64,000 nt of DNA from positions 96,001-160,000 of the forward strand of contig JAZAMN010000052.1 of the NCBI GenBank assembly GCA_036229005.1. The letters are read 5' to 3'. The stretch is from Myxococcota bacterium (GTDB taxonomy: Bacteria; Myxococcota_A; UBA796; CAJQPC01). The notes under the pieces were generated by a model, which was not told the origin of the DNA, made no database searches, and saw only the letters and a list, made by a program, of their open reading frames with translations. A program made the position numbers and the translations under genes. This document shows positions 47,685 to 57,128 of this stretch, piece by piece; the first letter of the stretch is position 1; each line of letters starts with the position of its first letter.

Positions 47685-49211
47685 GTGACGCCCATTCTCC
47701 TGACCCTCGCCTGCGCGGACTTCGAGCTCTCGCCGTCCTACGGCCCCGCGGACGACAACGCCGGCTGGGACGCCGACAGCGGCTCGGAGTACGAGCCCGG
47801 CGATGACACCGGCGACTTTGGCTCGGAGACCGAGAGCGACTTCCTCAAGCTCTCCCCCACCGCGACCCAGGCCTACGTGTTCGTGGTCAACAGCAGCCGC
47901 AACACCGTCAGCCGGATCTCCGTGCCCGAGCTGGACGTGCTCACCACCGAGGTCGGCGTGAACCCAAAGGTCGCGACCACCTCGTCCGACTACGCCAAGG
48001 CCGTGGTGTTCAACGCGGGCTCGGACTCCCTGAGCGTCATCGACGCCGAGACCATGGAGAGCGTCGAGGTCCAAATCCGCAGCAACTTCAACAACATGCT
48101 GCTCTCGCCCGATGGCGTATGGGCCCTGGTCTACAACGACGCGGACCTTCCCACGGAGGGCAGCACCGGGTACCTGCAGTCCTTCAACGAGATCTCCCTG
48201 GTGAACACCGAGACCGGGGAGCACAGCGCCATGGCGGTGGGCTTCCACCCGCGCCAGGCCCGCTTCACGCCGGACTCCGGGCAGCTCGTGCTGGTCGCCG
48301 AGCAGTGGATGGCGGTGCTCGATCTGCGGGTGACCTCGCTGACACCACAGCTCATCGAGCTGTCCGAAGATGAGCTGGATCCCCCGGCGGCAGAGGAGGT
48401 TTTGATCGAGCCCACCGGCCGCTTCGCCTTTGTCCGTCAGTACGGTGAGACGCGCCTGGCCGTGGTCGACCTGGACGAGGGGACCCTGGAGCGCGTGGAC
48501 ATCGGGCTCAACCCCACCGACATGGACCTGAGCGCGGACGGCTCGCAGGCCATCGTGGTCAGTCGAGGGAGCGGTGAGCTGCACCTGATCGACACCCAGG
48601 ACCCCACCGGACCCCAGCGCATCGTGGCCCTGCCGCCCAGCGAGATCCTGGGCAGCCTGCTGCTCAGCCCGGACGGCACCCAGGGCGTGCTCTACACGAC
48701 GGCCGCGCCGGTGGCCCGCTACACGACCTGGAACCTGGCGGACGACACCCTGACCGTGCGGCGCCTGGAGAAGCCGGTCGCCAGCGCGAGCGTGTCCCCC
48801 ACCGGCGGCACGCTGCTGTTCTTCCACGACGAGACCAACGACCCGGACGCGGCCACCACCAGCCCCTTCCACGACAAGCCCGCCATCACGATGGTGGACC
48901 TGGACAGCCACCTGCAGAACGCCTTGGTGCTGCCCACCATGCCCAGCGCGGCGGCCAACAGCCACGACGGGCACTTTGGGTTCTTCATCATGGACGGCGT
49001 GAGCTCGCTGGCGGTGCTGCGCTATGACCACCTGCTCTTTGACGAGATCGCTCTGCGCAGCGAGCCCGTGCACGTGGGGGTGCTCCCGGAGTCGACCTAC
49101 GCCTACGTGAACCAGGAGCACGCCCTGGGGCGCCTGAGCTTCTACGACCCCGACACCGAGAGCCTGCAGACCATCACCGGCTTCGAGCTGAACGCGGGCA
49201 TCGAACACTGA
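47685..49211 (+). CDS. YVTN/YncE-like beta-propeller lipoprotein (paralog 1)
   Basis: GGAGG SD plus GTG; lipobox LTLAC; repeats VFVVN..NTVSRI, LSPDG, FTPDSG, VG..P. Confidence 0.85.
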   Translation: MTPILLTLACADFELSPSYGPADDNAGWDADSGSEYEPGDDTGDFGSETESDFLKLSPTATQAYVFVVNSSRNTVSRISVPELDVLTTEVGVNPKVATTSSDYAKAVVFNAGSDSLSVIDAETMESVEVQIRSNFNNMLLSPDGVWALVYNDADLPTEGSTGYLQSFNEISLVNTETGEHSAMAVGFHPRQARFTPDSGQLVLVAEQWMAVLDLRVTSLTPQLIELSEDELDPPAAEEVLIEPTGRFAFVRQYGETRLAVVDLDEGTLERVDIGLNPTDMDLSADGSQAIVVSRGSGELHLIDTQDPTGPQRIVALPPSEILGSLLLSPDGTQGVLYTTAAPVARYTTWNLADDTLTVRRLEKPVASASVSPTGGTLLFFHDETNDPDAATTSPFHDKPAITMVDLDSHLQNALVLPTMPSAAANSHDGHFGFFIMDGVSSLAVLRYDHLLFDEIALRSEPVHVGVLPESTYAYVNQEHALGRLSFYDPDTESLQTITGFELNAGIEH

Positions 49212-49276
49212 CATCCCTGTCGCGATCCCGGGGGGGTTCCCCCGGGGGCGGCCGCAGCATCAGCGGGTCCTGGCGA

Positions 49277-49292
49277 TGGCACGGATGCTGCA
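49277..49292 (+). promoter_or_regulatory. Candidate sigma54 promoter
   Basis: TGGCACGGATGCTGCA: GG and GC at canonical -24/-12 spacing, 27 nt before the ATG of paralog 2. Confidence 0.6.
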
Positions 49293-49319
49293 GACCCTCT
49301 CCGAGAGACCGGAGGACCC

Positions 49320-50873
49320 ATGAGAGCGACCCCCATCCTGGCGCTGCTCGCCCTGAGCGCCTGCTCTTCCTACGAAAACAGCATGTACGCCGACGCCGCC
49401 GACTCCGGCTGGGCCGGCGCGTGGGACGACACGAGCAGCAGCGAGTACGACCCCAACGACGACGGCGACGGCACCGACCTGGGCTCGGAGACGGAGGACG
49501 ACTTCCTCAAGCTCTCGCCCACCGCCACCCAGGCCTACGTGTTCGTGGTCAACTCCAGCCGCAACACGGTGAGCCGCATCTCCGTGCCCAGCCTGGACGT
49601 GCTCACCACCGAGGTCGGCGTGGACCCCCAGGTCGCCACCACCACCAGCGACTACAGCCGGGCCGTGGTGTTCAACGCTGGCTCGGACTCCATCAGCGTC
49701 ATCGACGCCGAGACGATGGAGAGCACCGAGGTGGAGATCCGCAGCAACTTCAACAACATGCTGCTCTCACCGGACGGCCGCTGGGCGCTCGTCTACAACG
49801 ACGCGGACCTGCCCACCGAGGGCTCCACGGGCGCCCTGCAGTCCTTCAACGAGATCTCCCTGGTCAACGTGGAGACCCTGGAGCACCTCTCGATGGCCGT
49901 GGGCTTCCACCCGCGCGAGGCCACCTTCACGCCCGACTCCAGCGAGCTGCTGATCGTCGCCAACGAGTGGATGGCCAGCCTGGACCTGGAGGCCGAGGAC
50001 ATCCGCCCGCAGCTCGTCGAGCTGGCCGAGGACCCCCTGAACGCCCCCGTGGCCGAGGAGGTCCTGGTCGAGCCCACCGGCGCGTTCGCGTTCGTGCGCC
50101 AGTTCGGAGAGGACCGGCTGGTCGTGGTGGACCTGGCCGAGCACACCCTGCAGCGCGTGGACATCGGCTACAACCCCACCGACCTGGACCTGAGCCCGGA
50201 CGGGACGAAGGCGGTCGTGGTGAGTCGTGGGAGCCAGGAGCTTCACGTCCTCAACGCCCAGGATCCCCTCGCCGAACAGGAGGTGATCGCTCTGCCCGCA
50301 GACGAGGTCATCGGGAGCCTGCACTTCTCCCCCGACGGGTCCAAGGCGGTGCTCTACACCACGGCCCAGCGCGAGGCCCGCTACACCACCTGGGACGTGG
50401 ACTCCGGCGAGCTCAAGGTGCGCTCCCTGGTCAAGCCCGTGAAGTCCGTCTCCGTGTCCCCCACCGGCGGCACTCTGCTGGTCTTCCACACCCTGGAGGA
50501 CGACGCGGACACCCCCAGCACGAGCCCCTACTTTGGGGAGCACGCGCTCACGATGATCGACCTGGACAGCTTCCTGGCCAACCCCCTGCTGATCCCCGAT
50601 GAGCCCAGCGCGTTCGCCAACAGCAGCGACGGCGAGTTCGGCTACTTCATCATGGAGGGGATCCCGGCCCTGGCGGTGCTGCAGTACGACAACCTGCTCT
50701 TCGAGGAGGTCACCCTGCGCAGCGACCCCGTGCACGTGGGCGTGCTGCCCGAGTCCACCTACGCCTACGTCAACCAGGAGCACGAGCTCGGGCGCCTGAG
50801 CTTCTACGAGCCCGAGACCCAGGCCCTGCAGACCATCACCGGCTTTGAGCTGAACAGCGGCATCAAGCACTGA
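49320..50873 (+). CDS. YVTN/YncE-like beta-propeller lipoprotein (paralog 2)
   Basis: Lipobox LSAC; colinear and highly similar to 47685-49211. Confidence 0.87.
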   Translation: MRATPILALLALSACSSYENSMYADAADSGWAGAWDDTSSSEYDPNDDGDGTDLGSETEDDFLKLSPTATQAYVFVVNSSRNTVSRISVPSLDVLTTEVGVDPQVATTTSDYSRAVVFNAGSDSISVIDAETMESTEVEIRSNFNNMLLSPDGRWALVYNDADLPTEGSTGALQSFNEISLVNVETLEHLSMAVGFHPREATFTPDSSELLIVANEWMASLDLEAEDIRPQLVELAEDPLNAPVAEEVLVEPTGAFAFVRQFGEDRLVVVDLAEHTLQRVDIGYNPTDLDLSPDGTKAVVVSRGSQELHVLNAQDPLAEQEVIALPADEVIGSLHFSPDGSKAVLYTTAQREARYTTWDVDSGELKVRSLVKPVKSVSVSPTGGTLLVFHTLEDDADTPSTSPYFGEHALTMIDLDSFLANPLLIPDEPSAFANSSDGEFGYFIMEGIPALAVLQYDNLLFEEVTLRSDPVHVGVLPESTYAYVNQEHELGRLSFYEPETQALQTITGFELNSGIKH

Positions 50874-50881
50874 GGCCCCCA

Positions 50882-52408
50882 ATGACTTTTCTCTTGATGA
50901 TGGCCGGCTGCTGGTCCGGCAACTTCTACGAAGACGGCGGGCTCTGGGATCCCGAGCCCATCGCGGCCTCCGACGGCCTGTACTTCACCCTCCCCAGCGC
51001 CGGCGCCCTGGTGCAGGTCAAGCCCGACGGCACGACCACCCAGGTGGAGCTGGACGGCGCCCGGGCGCTGCACGGCGAGCTGGCCCCCGACGGCGAGACC
51101 GTGGTGCTCTTCGCCCAGACCACGGCCTGCGAGGACGGGCCGGAGGCGCCCAGAGATCCCCAGCAGTGCCTCGACGATGGGGGGGAGCTGGTGACCCAGC
51201 AGGAGCTGCAGGTGATCCGGGGCGGTGTGGTCCAGGGCGCGCCCATCCAGATCCCCAACCACTTCAACCGCTTGAGCTTCACCAGCGACGGTCGGCAGGC
51301 GGTGGCCTGGCTGGAATACACGGCGGGGACCGAGCTGGACATCTCCGCGGTGGACAACGTGACCGAGGTGATGTTCGTGGACCTGGAGTCCGTGACCGCG
51401 ACCCCGGTGGCGATTGGCGACGTGGCGGACCGCATCCTCTTTGACCAGGACGACGCGCGGGCGCTGGTGCTCAGCCGCTCCAAGGTCACGGTCGTGGAGC
51501 TGCTCTCGGGCGACTACGAGCGCGAGGTGAGCTTCCCGCTGGCGCTGGACGTGGACGACAAGGTGCAGCCCACCGATCTCGTGCTCACCGCCGACGGCCA
51601 CTACGCGATGCTGACCATCGAGGGCAGCGGCGATCTGTACGTGCTGGACCTGGTGGCCGAGTCCATCAACATCGTCTCGCTGGAGGCGGTGCCCTCGGAC
51701 CTGGTGGTGGAGTCCGCGATGGACACCTCCATGCTGGTCTACGCCGGGCGCGCCAAGGCCGACATCCTGGACCACGCGTACTTCGAGCTGGACCCCGTGG
51801 ACCTGGAGGAGCCGGTCTCCGAGATCCACATGCTGGAGGGCGAGGCCTTCCTGGTGAACACCACGTCCACGGTCTACAAGGACGCCTACCGGGTGGATCT
51901 GGAGACGGGCGAGGTGATCGAGTACCGCCTGGAGAATCCGGCCTACCGCGCCGAGCTCTCCCCGGACGGCAACTACGCGGTGGCCTTCACCCTGCCCGAG
52001 GGCGGCTACGGCGACGGAGTCGAGGCGCTGTTCGACCAGAACTACGGCGTGGAGCTGATCTCCATGGCCGACGACCAGAGCGTGCCCCTGATCGCGACCT
52101 CCGAGCCGGTGGGCCTGGCCTTCCGGGGCAGCGGCGCCGAGTCCGAGGCCCTGGTGCTGGTGGAGGGCCACGACGAGCTGATGTTCATCGACCTGGCGCG
52201 CGCCACCAAGACCCCCCTCAAGCTCGACGACGTGGGCCTGGACATCGGGACCGTCGGCGAGACCTTCTACATCACCCTGGACAGCCCGCTGGGCATGGTC
52301 AGCTTCATGGACGCCGACGGGGAGATCACCACCGTGTCGGGCTTCGCGAAGCTGGACTTCTTCCCCCCGGAGACCGTGCTGGTCGACCGCAGCAGCGAGG
52401 AGGGCTGA
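50882..52408 (+). CDS. Beta-propeller lipoprotein (divergent third member)
   Basis: Lipobox-like MAGC; repeated LAPDG, FTSDG, LTADG, LSPDG blade motifs. Confidence 0.78.
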   Translation: MTFLLMMAGCWSGNFYEDGGLWDPEPIAASDGLYFTLPSAGALVQVKPDGTTTQVELDGARALHGELAPDGETVVLFAQTTACEDGPEAPRDPQQCLDDGGELVTQQELQVIRGGVVQGAPIQIPNHFNRLSFTSDGRQAVAWLEYTAGTELDISAVDNVTEVMFVDLESVTATPVAIGDVADRILFDQDDARALVLSRSKVTVVELLSGDYEREVSFPLALDVDDKVQPTDLVLTADGHYAMLTIEGSGDLYVLDLVAESINIVSLEAVPSDLVVESAMDTSMLVYAGRAKADILDHAYFELDPVDLEEPVSEIHMLEGEAFLVNTTSTVYKDAYRVDLETGEVIEYRLENPAYRAELSPDGNYAVAFTLPEGGYGDGVEALFDQNYGVELISMADDQSVPLIATSEPVGLAFRGSGAESEALVLVEGHDELMFIDLARATKTPLKLDDVGLDIGTVGETFYITLDSPLGMVSFMDADGEITTVSGFAKLDFFPPETVLVDRSSEEG

Positions 52409-52409
52409 G

Positions 52410-53009
52410 ATGCTTGCTCTGATTTCCATGTTCGCGTCCACCGCTCTGGCCGGCGAGATGCGCGTCCACATCGAAGGGGGCACCCTCCCCACCGGCGAGG
52501 CACTGGACAGCTACTCCGTGAGCGGGAACAACCTGCGCCACGGCGGCCTGCGCGGCGGCTACAGCCTGACGGACAAGCTGGAGCTGACGGCCTCCTTCTC
52601 CGCCGGCACCAGCGCCAGCCGCGTCGACTACGTGGAGTACCCCGAGGAGGACCTGGCCCTGCGCCTGAACACCTGGACCTACGGTCTGGGGGCCCGCTAC
52701 ATCGTCGGCAACGGCGGCCTGCACCCCTACGCTCTGGCCCAGGCCCGGCTCTTCCAGGGCGGCCTGCGCATGGACGGCTCCCCCTCCCGCGACGACAACC
52801 TGGACCAGTTCGTGGAGCGGGCCTTCTCGCCTGGCGCCTACGGCGCGCTGGGTCTGGAGCTGGTGGTGCTGGACGAGAAGCCCCTGGCGCCTTCCTTGTT
52901 CGTGGAGGCCGGCTACTCCTGGCTGATGGACGCGCGCTTTGGCGACGCCGGCAGCGTGTCGGACATGCGCGGTGTCGCGGGCCGGGCGGGCATCGGGGTG
53001 GTGTTCTGA
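52410..53009 (+). CDS. Small outer-membrane beta-barrel protein
   Basis: Signal peptide, alternating amphipathic strands (GLGARY, LHPYA, FVEAGYSW), C-terminal AGIGVVF. Confidence 0.75.
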   Translation: MLALISMFASTALAGEMRVHIEGGTLPTGEALDSYSVSGNNLRHGGLRGGYSLTDKLELTASFSAGTSASRVDYVEYPEEDLALRLNTWTYGLGARYIVGNGGLHPYALAQARLFQGGLRMDGSPSRDDNLDQFVERAFSPGAYGALGLELVVLDEKPLAPSLFVEAGYSWLMDARFGDAGSVSDMRGVAGRAGIGVVF

Positions 53010-53148
53010 GGGACCCTGTCGGGGGCCCTGTGACGGGGCTCTGACTTTGGTGGAACCCTGGCTTGTCGGCGGTGGTGGACCTCGCTACCACTTGGGTGAA
53101 CACAATGGCGAATCCACCGGGATTCTGCTCGCATGACGGAGGTCCACC

Positions 53149-53556
53149 ATGGGCTACAAGATCGAAGAGGTCGAGGGCATCGGCCCCGCCTACGCTGAGA
53201 AGCTGGCCGCTGCTGGCGTCACCAACACGGACGAGCTGCTCGAGAAGGGCGCCACCCCCGCCGGCCGCAAGGGCCTGGCCGAGGCCAGCGACATCTCCGG
53301 CAAGCTGATCCTGACCTGGTGCAACCAGGCCGACCTGATGCGCATCAGCGGCGTGGGTCCCCAGTGGGCCGAGCTGCTGCAGGCCTCCGGCGTGGACACC
53401 GTCAAGGAGCTCCGCAACCGCAACGCCGCGAACCTCGCCAAGAAGATGGACGAGGTGAACGAGGAGAAGAACCTGACCAACGGTGCGGTCTCCGAGAAGA
53501 AGGTCGCGGGTTGGGTTGAGCAGGCGAAGGAGATGGAGCCGGTTCTCACGTATTGA
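53149..53556 (+). CDS. DUF4332 domain protein (helix-hairpin-helix)
   Basis: IEEVEGIGPAYAEKL, W.NQADLMRISGVGPQWAELL..SGVDTV.EL; GGAGG SD. Confidence 0.9.
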   Translation: MGYKIEEVEGIGPAYAEKLAAAGVTNTDELLEKGATPAGRKGLAEASDISGKLILTWCNQADLMRISGVGPQWAELLQASGVDTVKELRNRNAANLAKKMDEVNEEKNLTNGAVSEKKVAGWVEQAKEMEPVLTY

Positions 53557-53574
53557 GATCGGTCTGCTTTGTGG

Positions 53575-53604
53575 AAGGGTCAGCCCTGGTGGGCTGGCCC
53601 TTTT
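53575..53604 (+). terminator. Rho-independent terminator
   Basis: AAGGGTCAGCCC-TGGT-GGGCTGGCCCTTTT. Confidence 0.8.
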
Positions 53605-53621
53605 GCGTTGGGGGGGGCGGG

Positions 53622-53740
53622 TCGGAGGTCAGATTCAGGGACTTCGTCCCGTGAATCGACCCTGGAAGCGGAATCCGAATCGGAGGTCAGATTCAGGGAC
53701 TGCGTCCCGTGAATCGACCCTGGAATCGGAGGTCAGACTC
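53622..53740. repeat. Tandem palindromic 46-bp repeat (2 full copies plus 1 partial)
   Basis: TCGGAGGTCAGATTCAGGGACT(T/G)CGTCCCGTGAATCGACCCTGGAA at 53622-53667 and 53680-53725; partial copy at 53726-53740. Confidence 0.9.
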
Positions 53741-53834
53741 CGGTGCCTGCGGCCGCCGGGGCTCAGGAGTGTCGGCCCCGCTTCGCTTTGAGGGGCCGCC
53801 ACTCCTGAACCCCGGCGGCCTCGGAGACTCCGAC

Positions 53835-54149
53835 ATGCCGCTCTCGATCGAAAACCTGGATGCCTACCGGCTGGCCATCTCCCTCAATCGCTCCATCGCC
53901 GCGCTGGACTTCCCCAAGAACCGTGCACACCTCCGCGACCAGGGCGTCCGCGCCGCAGACTCCGTGGTGCTCAACATCGCCGAAGGCATGGGCCGCGGTC
54001 GCCTCACCAACGCCGGGAAAAACCACATGCGCATCGCCAAGGGGTCCCTGCTCGAGGTCTACGCCGTGCTGGACCTGCTCAACAAGGCCGACCAGCACCG
54101 CGTGGACATCGAGCGCCTGGACCGTCTGCTCTACGGCCTCCAGCGGTGA
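53835..54149 (+). CDS. Four-helix-bundle protein (23S rRNA IVP / Avd-like family)
   Basis: ENLDAYRLA, LRDQGVRAADSVVLNIAEG.GR, IAKGSLLEV; GGAG SD. Confidence 0.88.
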   Translation: MPLSIENLDAYRLAISLNRSIAALDFPKNRAHLRDQGVRAADSVVLNIAEGMGRGRLTNAGKNHMRIAKGSLLEVYAVLDLLNKADQHRVDIERLDRLLYGLQR

Positions 54150-54159
54150 AGCCCCGCCC

Positions 54160-55533
54160 CTACTCCGACCGATTGAACGCCGCCCGCAGGTGGCTCACCG
54201 AGTCCGAGCGGACCAGGTAGATCAGCGGCAGCAGCTCCGGCCGGGCGATGTAGGTGTAGGGGGTGCCGTTGATGTCGATCTGCTTGCCGATCCACAGCTC
54301 GGTGCCGCCGCCGTTGAAGAAGCGCACCTTGAGCACCGCGACGGGCTCCTCCAGGCCGGCGTCGGCCTGGGAGATCTCGGGGTCGATGGCGTCGGCCCGC
54401 AGCTCGCCCAGGGTGTTGATGGACTGGGTGACCGCGAGCACGTCGGTGTCCATGTTGGCCGGCTGGGTGAAGGCCCACATGTTGGTGTTGGGGTCCTGGG
54501 CGAGCACGGCGGTGCCCAGGGAGTCGACCAGGGTGTAGGTCGCCACGTCCACGCGCAGGAAGCTGAACATCACCCGGTTGCGGTAGGCGATGGCCGGCCG
54601 CAGCAGGCGCTCCCGGACCGCGCTGGAGACCAGGTAGACCGCGTCCCGGTCCGTGCGCCGCACGTAGGCCGCGCCCGATTCGGTGAGGCGGCTGCCGAAC
54701 TCGAAGGTGAGCTGCTCGCCGTCCACCATCAGCAGGCTGGCGGTGAGCGCGGGGGGCGCGAAGCCGCCGTCGGTGTCCCCCGAGAAGATGCGGCCAGCCC
54801 GCAGCTCCGCCAGGGACTTGACCGCCGCGTCCACAGACTTCTGGTCCAGGGCGTAGTCCTGGTGGTCCGAGGTCCACGCGCCAAAGTGGGAGCTCTCGTC
54901 GGTGCCCATGTCGCCTTCGGGCAGGCGGTAGAACACCAGCTCCGGGCCATCCAGGGGCTGCAGGCGGATCTCCTGCACCAGCCCGGCGGGCACCTGGGCG
55001 ACCATCTTGTCGCGCCAGTCCAGAGGGTCCCGAGCGTAGCGGGCGCGGGTGCCCACCTTGCCGCGGTAGACCGTGTCGGAGCCCGGCAGGCGCACGAAGC
55101 TCGCGCCGCCCGGCCGGTCCTTGCCCACGATGAAGGCCACCGCCGGGGTGTCCGGGTCGTCGGCGAACAGCTCCACCAGCACGCCCTGGGCGTCGTCCAG
55201 GCCGTACTGCTCCAGGTTGCCCTCGTCGACGGCCAGATCCATGCGGGTCTTCTCGCGCTCGAAGATGGACAGCAGCGGCCGCAGGGCGATGGTGTCGGCC
55301 GGTGCACTGTAGGGCGCGACCACCTGGAAGCCCTCCTCCAGGTTCCCCTCCATGACGACCGTCTCCCCCTGACCGACGGTGATCTCGATGCGCTGCACGT
55401 CCGCGCGCTCGACCTTGGCCAGGGCCGGCAGGTCGGACTGCGGATCCAGACTCTGGGCGGGGATCAGGGTGAGCCCCCCCATCAGCAGAGCGGCGCCGAG
55501 CAGCAGCTTGGACTTGGTGGTGAGCCAGCTCAT
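54160..55533 (-). CDS. DUF4340 domain protein
   Basis: Repeated units (YGLD, YVR...VY.V, RDK/RNR) typical of DUF4340; third gene of the GldF/GldG-like operon. Confidence 0.8.
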   Translation of the reverse strand: MSWLTTKSKLLLGAALLMGGLTLIPAQSLDPQSDLPALAKVERADVQRIEITVGQGETVVMEGNLEEGFQVVAPYSAPADTIALRPLLSIFEREKTRMDLAVDEGNLEQYGLDDAQGVLVELFADDPDTPAVAFIVGKDRPGGASFVRLPGSDTVYRGKVGTRARYARDPLDWRDKMVAQVPAGLVQEIRLQPLDGPELVFYRLPEGDMGTDESSHFGAWTSDHQDYALDQKSVDAAVKSLAELRAGRIFSGDTDGGFAPPALTASLLMVDGEQLTFEFGSRLTESGAAYVRRTDRDAVYLVSSAVRERLLRPAIAYRNRVMFSFLRVDVATYTLVDSLGTAVLAQDPNTNMWAFTQPANMDTDVLAVTQSINTLGELRADAIDPEISQADAGLEEPVAVLKVRFFNGGGTELWIGKQIDINGTPYTYIARPELLPLIYLVRSDSVSHLRAAFNRSE

Positions 55534-57128
55534 GCGGCCTCCCCGTCTGCGGCCTTGCGCTGCGGACCGCCTCCGGCCCCCCGACGCAGGCGCTTGACCC
55601 CGCCGAACACCAGCAGCAGCAGCGCCGGGCCCAGCAGGTTGATGAGCTTGAGGCGGGTGCGCTGGGCCTTGGTGGTGGCCTCCAGCACGGGGACCTGGAC
55701 GTTCTTGGAGCGGATGGCGATCAGCCCCTCATCCTCCAGCATCCAGTCCGCCAGGTTGGACATGAAGGCGATGTTGTTGGCGATGAAGTCCGCGCTGCCG
55801 CCCACCACGATGCGGGCGCGCTCCGCCTCGGGGATCTGCACCACCAGCCCATCGGGGAGCTCCTGGCCGGCGAACGCCGAGCGCAGCGGACCGCTGACGG
55901 ACACCATCAGGGGCCAGGCCCCGGTCTCCTCGCTGGGGTCCAGCCGCTGGTAGACCTGGGGGGCAAAGAGCTTGGGGGCCTTGATGCGACCGCTGCCGGG
56001 CTCAGACCGCGCCATCACCTCGATCTCCACCCCCGCCGGCAGCTCCGCGGGCACGTCGATGCTGCTCACGAAGGGGAAGGTCATGGTGTCCAGGTCCTTG
56101 ACCACGATGGAGTCCTGGGCCAGGTCGGTCGTGGTCGGGATGAAGGGCACGTTCAGCGGGACGGTGCCGCGGAAGCTGCCCTGCTGCACCGGGAACTGCA
56201 TCTTGCCGTTGTTCTGGCGGTCCACCACCACGTCGCGGTTGAGCTCGACGTTCCAGGTCGCCAGCAGCGGCTCCAGGCCGTGCTTGACCGGGATGGCGTT
56301 GTGGCGCGGGGGCCGCGGGTCAAAGCGGAAGTTCTGCAGGAAGAAGGCCGCCGGCCGGCCGCTCATCACGAACTGGTCCAGGGCGAGCTGCTCCTCCAGG
56401 GGCAGGGCCTCCTTGGGGCCCACCATCACCAGGGCGTCGATGTGCTCGCCGATGCCCTCGGGGTTGGACAGGTCCACGTTCTCCACCGCGTAGTTGGCCT
56501 GCAGAGCCCCGCGAAGCTGCGCCACCGGCCCCTTGCCCGCCAGCACGTCCGGCTCGCCGTGGCCCACCACGAAGCCCATGGTGCGGGTCTGCCCAAAGTC
56601 CAGCAGCGCCTTGATGGTCCGCGCGATGTCGTACTCGATGGTCGCCACGGACGTGATGGCCGGCAGCACCGTCTGGCGGTCGCCATACAGGAACGCGGCC
56701 CCCATGTAGACCTGCTTGAGCTCCGTGCGGGACTCGCTGCGGAAGGTGTAGGGGATCGGCTCGATGCCCAGGCGCGCGGCCTCGGCCATCAGCTCCTCGT
56801 CGCCGGTGGGGTCGACCACCACCAGCTCCATGCGGCCCCGGGACCAGGCGCGGAACTCCTCGAGCTTGTCCACCAGGGTCTGCTCGTGGTTGTTGTAGGG
56901 CGCCTCCAGCCCCTGGGTGAAGTAGACCCGCACGATCAGCGGCTGCTCCAGCCGCGACATCAGCACCTTGCCCTCGTGGGAGAGGGTGTAGACCTGATCC
57001 GAGGTCATGTCGAAGCGCGAGAACCAGCGGCTCCCCAGCACGTTCGCGAACACCACGATGGCCAACACGGCGACCATCTGCAGCACCGAGTTCCCCCGCA
57101 GGATGGGGCGGCGAGAGCGCGCGTTCAC
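55530..57128 (-). CDS. GldG-family ABC-type auxiliary component
   Basis: RFDMTSDQVYTLS, VVDP, EYDIARTI, GHGEP, LDQFVMSG, N..F..NLADW...LIAIRSK. Confidence 0.88.
   Translation of the reverse strand: MNARSRRPILRGNSVLQMVAVLAIVVFANVLGSRWFSRFDMTSDQVYTLSHEGKVLMSRLEQPLIVRVYFTQGLEAPYNNHEQTLVDKLEEFRAWSRGRMELVVVDPTGDEELMAEAARLGIEPIPYTFRSESRTELKQVYMGAAFLYGDRQTVLPAITSVATIEYDIARTIKALLDFGQTRTMGFVVGHGEPDVLAGKGPVAQLRGALQANYAVENVDLSNPEGIGEHIDALVMVGPKEALPLEEQLALDQFVMSGRPAAFFLQNFRFDPRPPRHNAIPVKHGLEPLLATWNVELNRDVVVDRQNNGKMQFPVQQGSFRGTVPLNVPFIPTTTDLAQDSIVVKDLDTMTFPFVSSIDVPAELPAGVEIEVMARSEPGSGRIKAPKLFAPQVYQRLDPSEETGAWPLMVSVSGPLRSAFAGQELPDGLVVQIPEAERARIVVGGSADFIANNIAFMSNLADWMLEDEGLIAIRSKNVQVPVLEATTKAQRTRLKLINLLGPALLLLVFGGVKRLRRGAGGGPQRKAADGEAA

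Noticed and set aside
53622..53740. Possible mini CRISPR array
   Set aside because: Gaps between repeats are 12 and 0 nt rather than spacer-sized, and there are no cas genes in the window
53835..54149. Diversity-generating retroelement or 23S rRNA intervening sequence
   Set aside because: No reverse transcriptase, no template/variable repeat pair with A-specific mismatches and no rRNA sequence in the window
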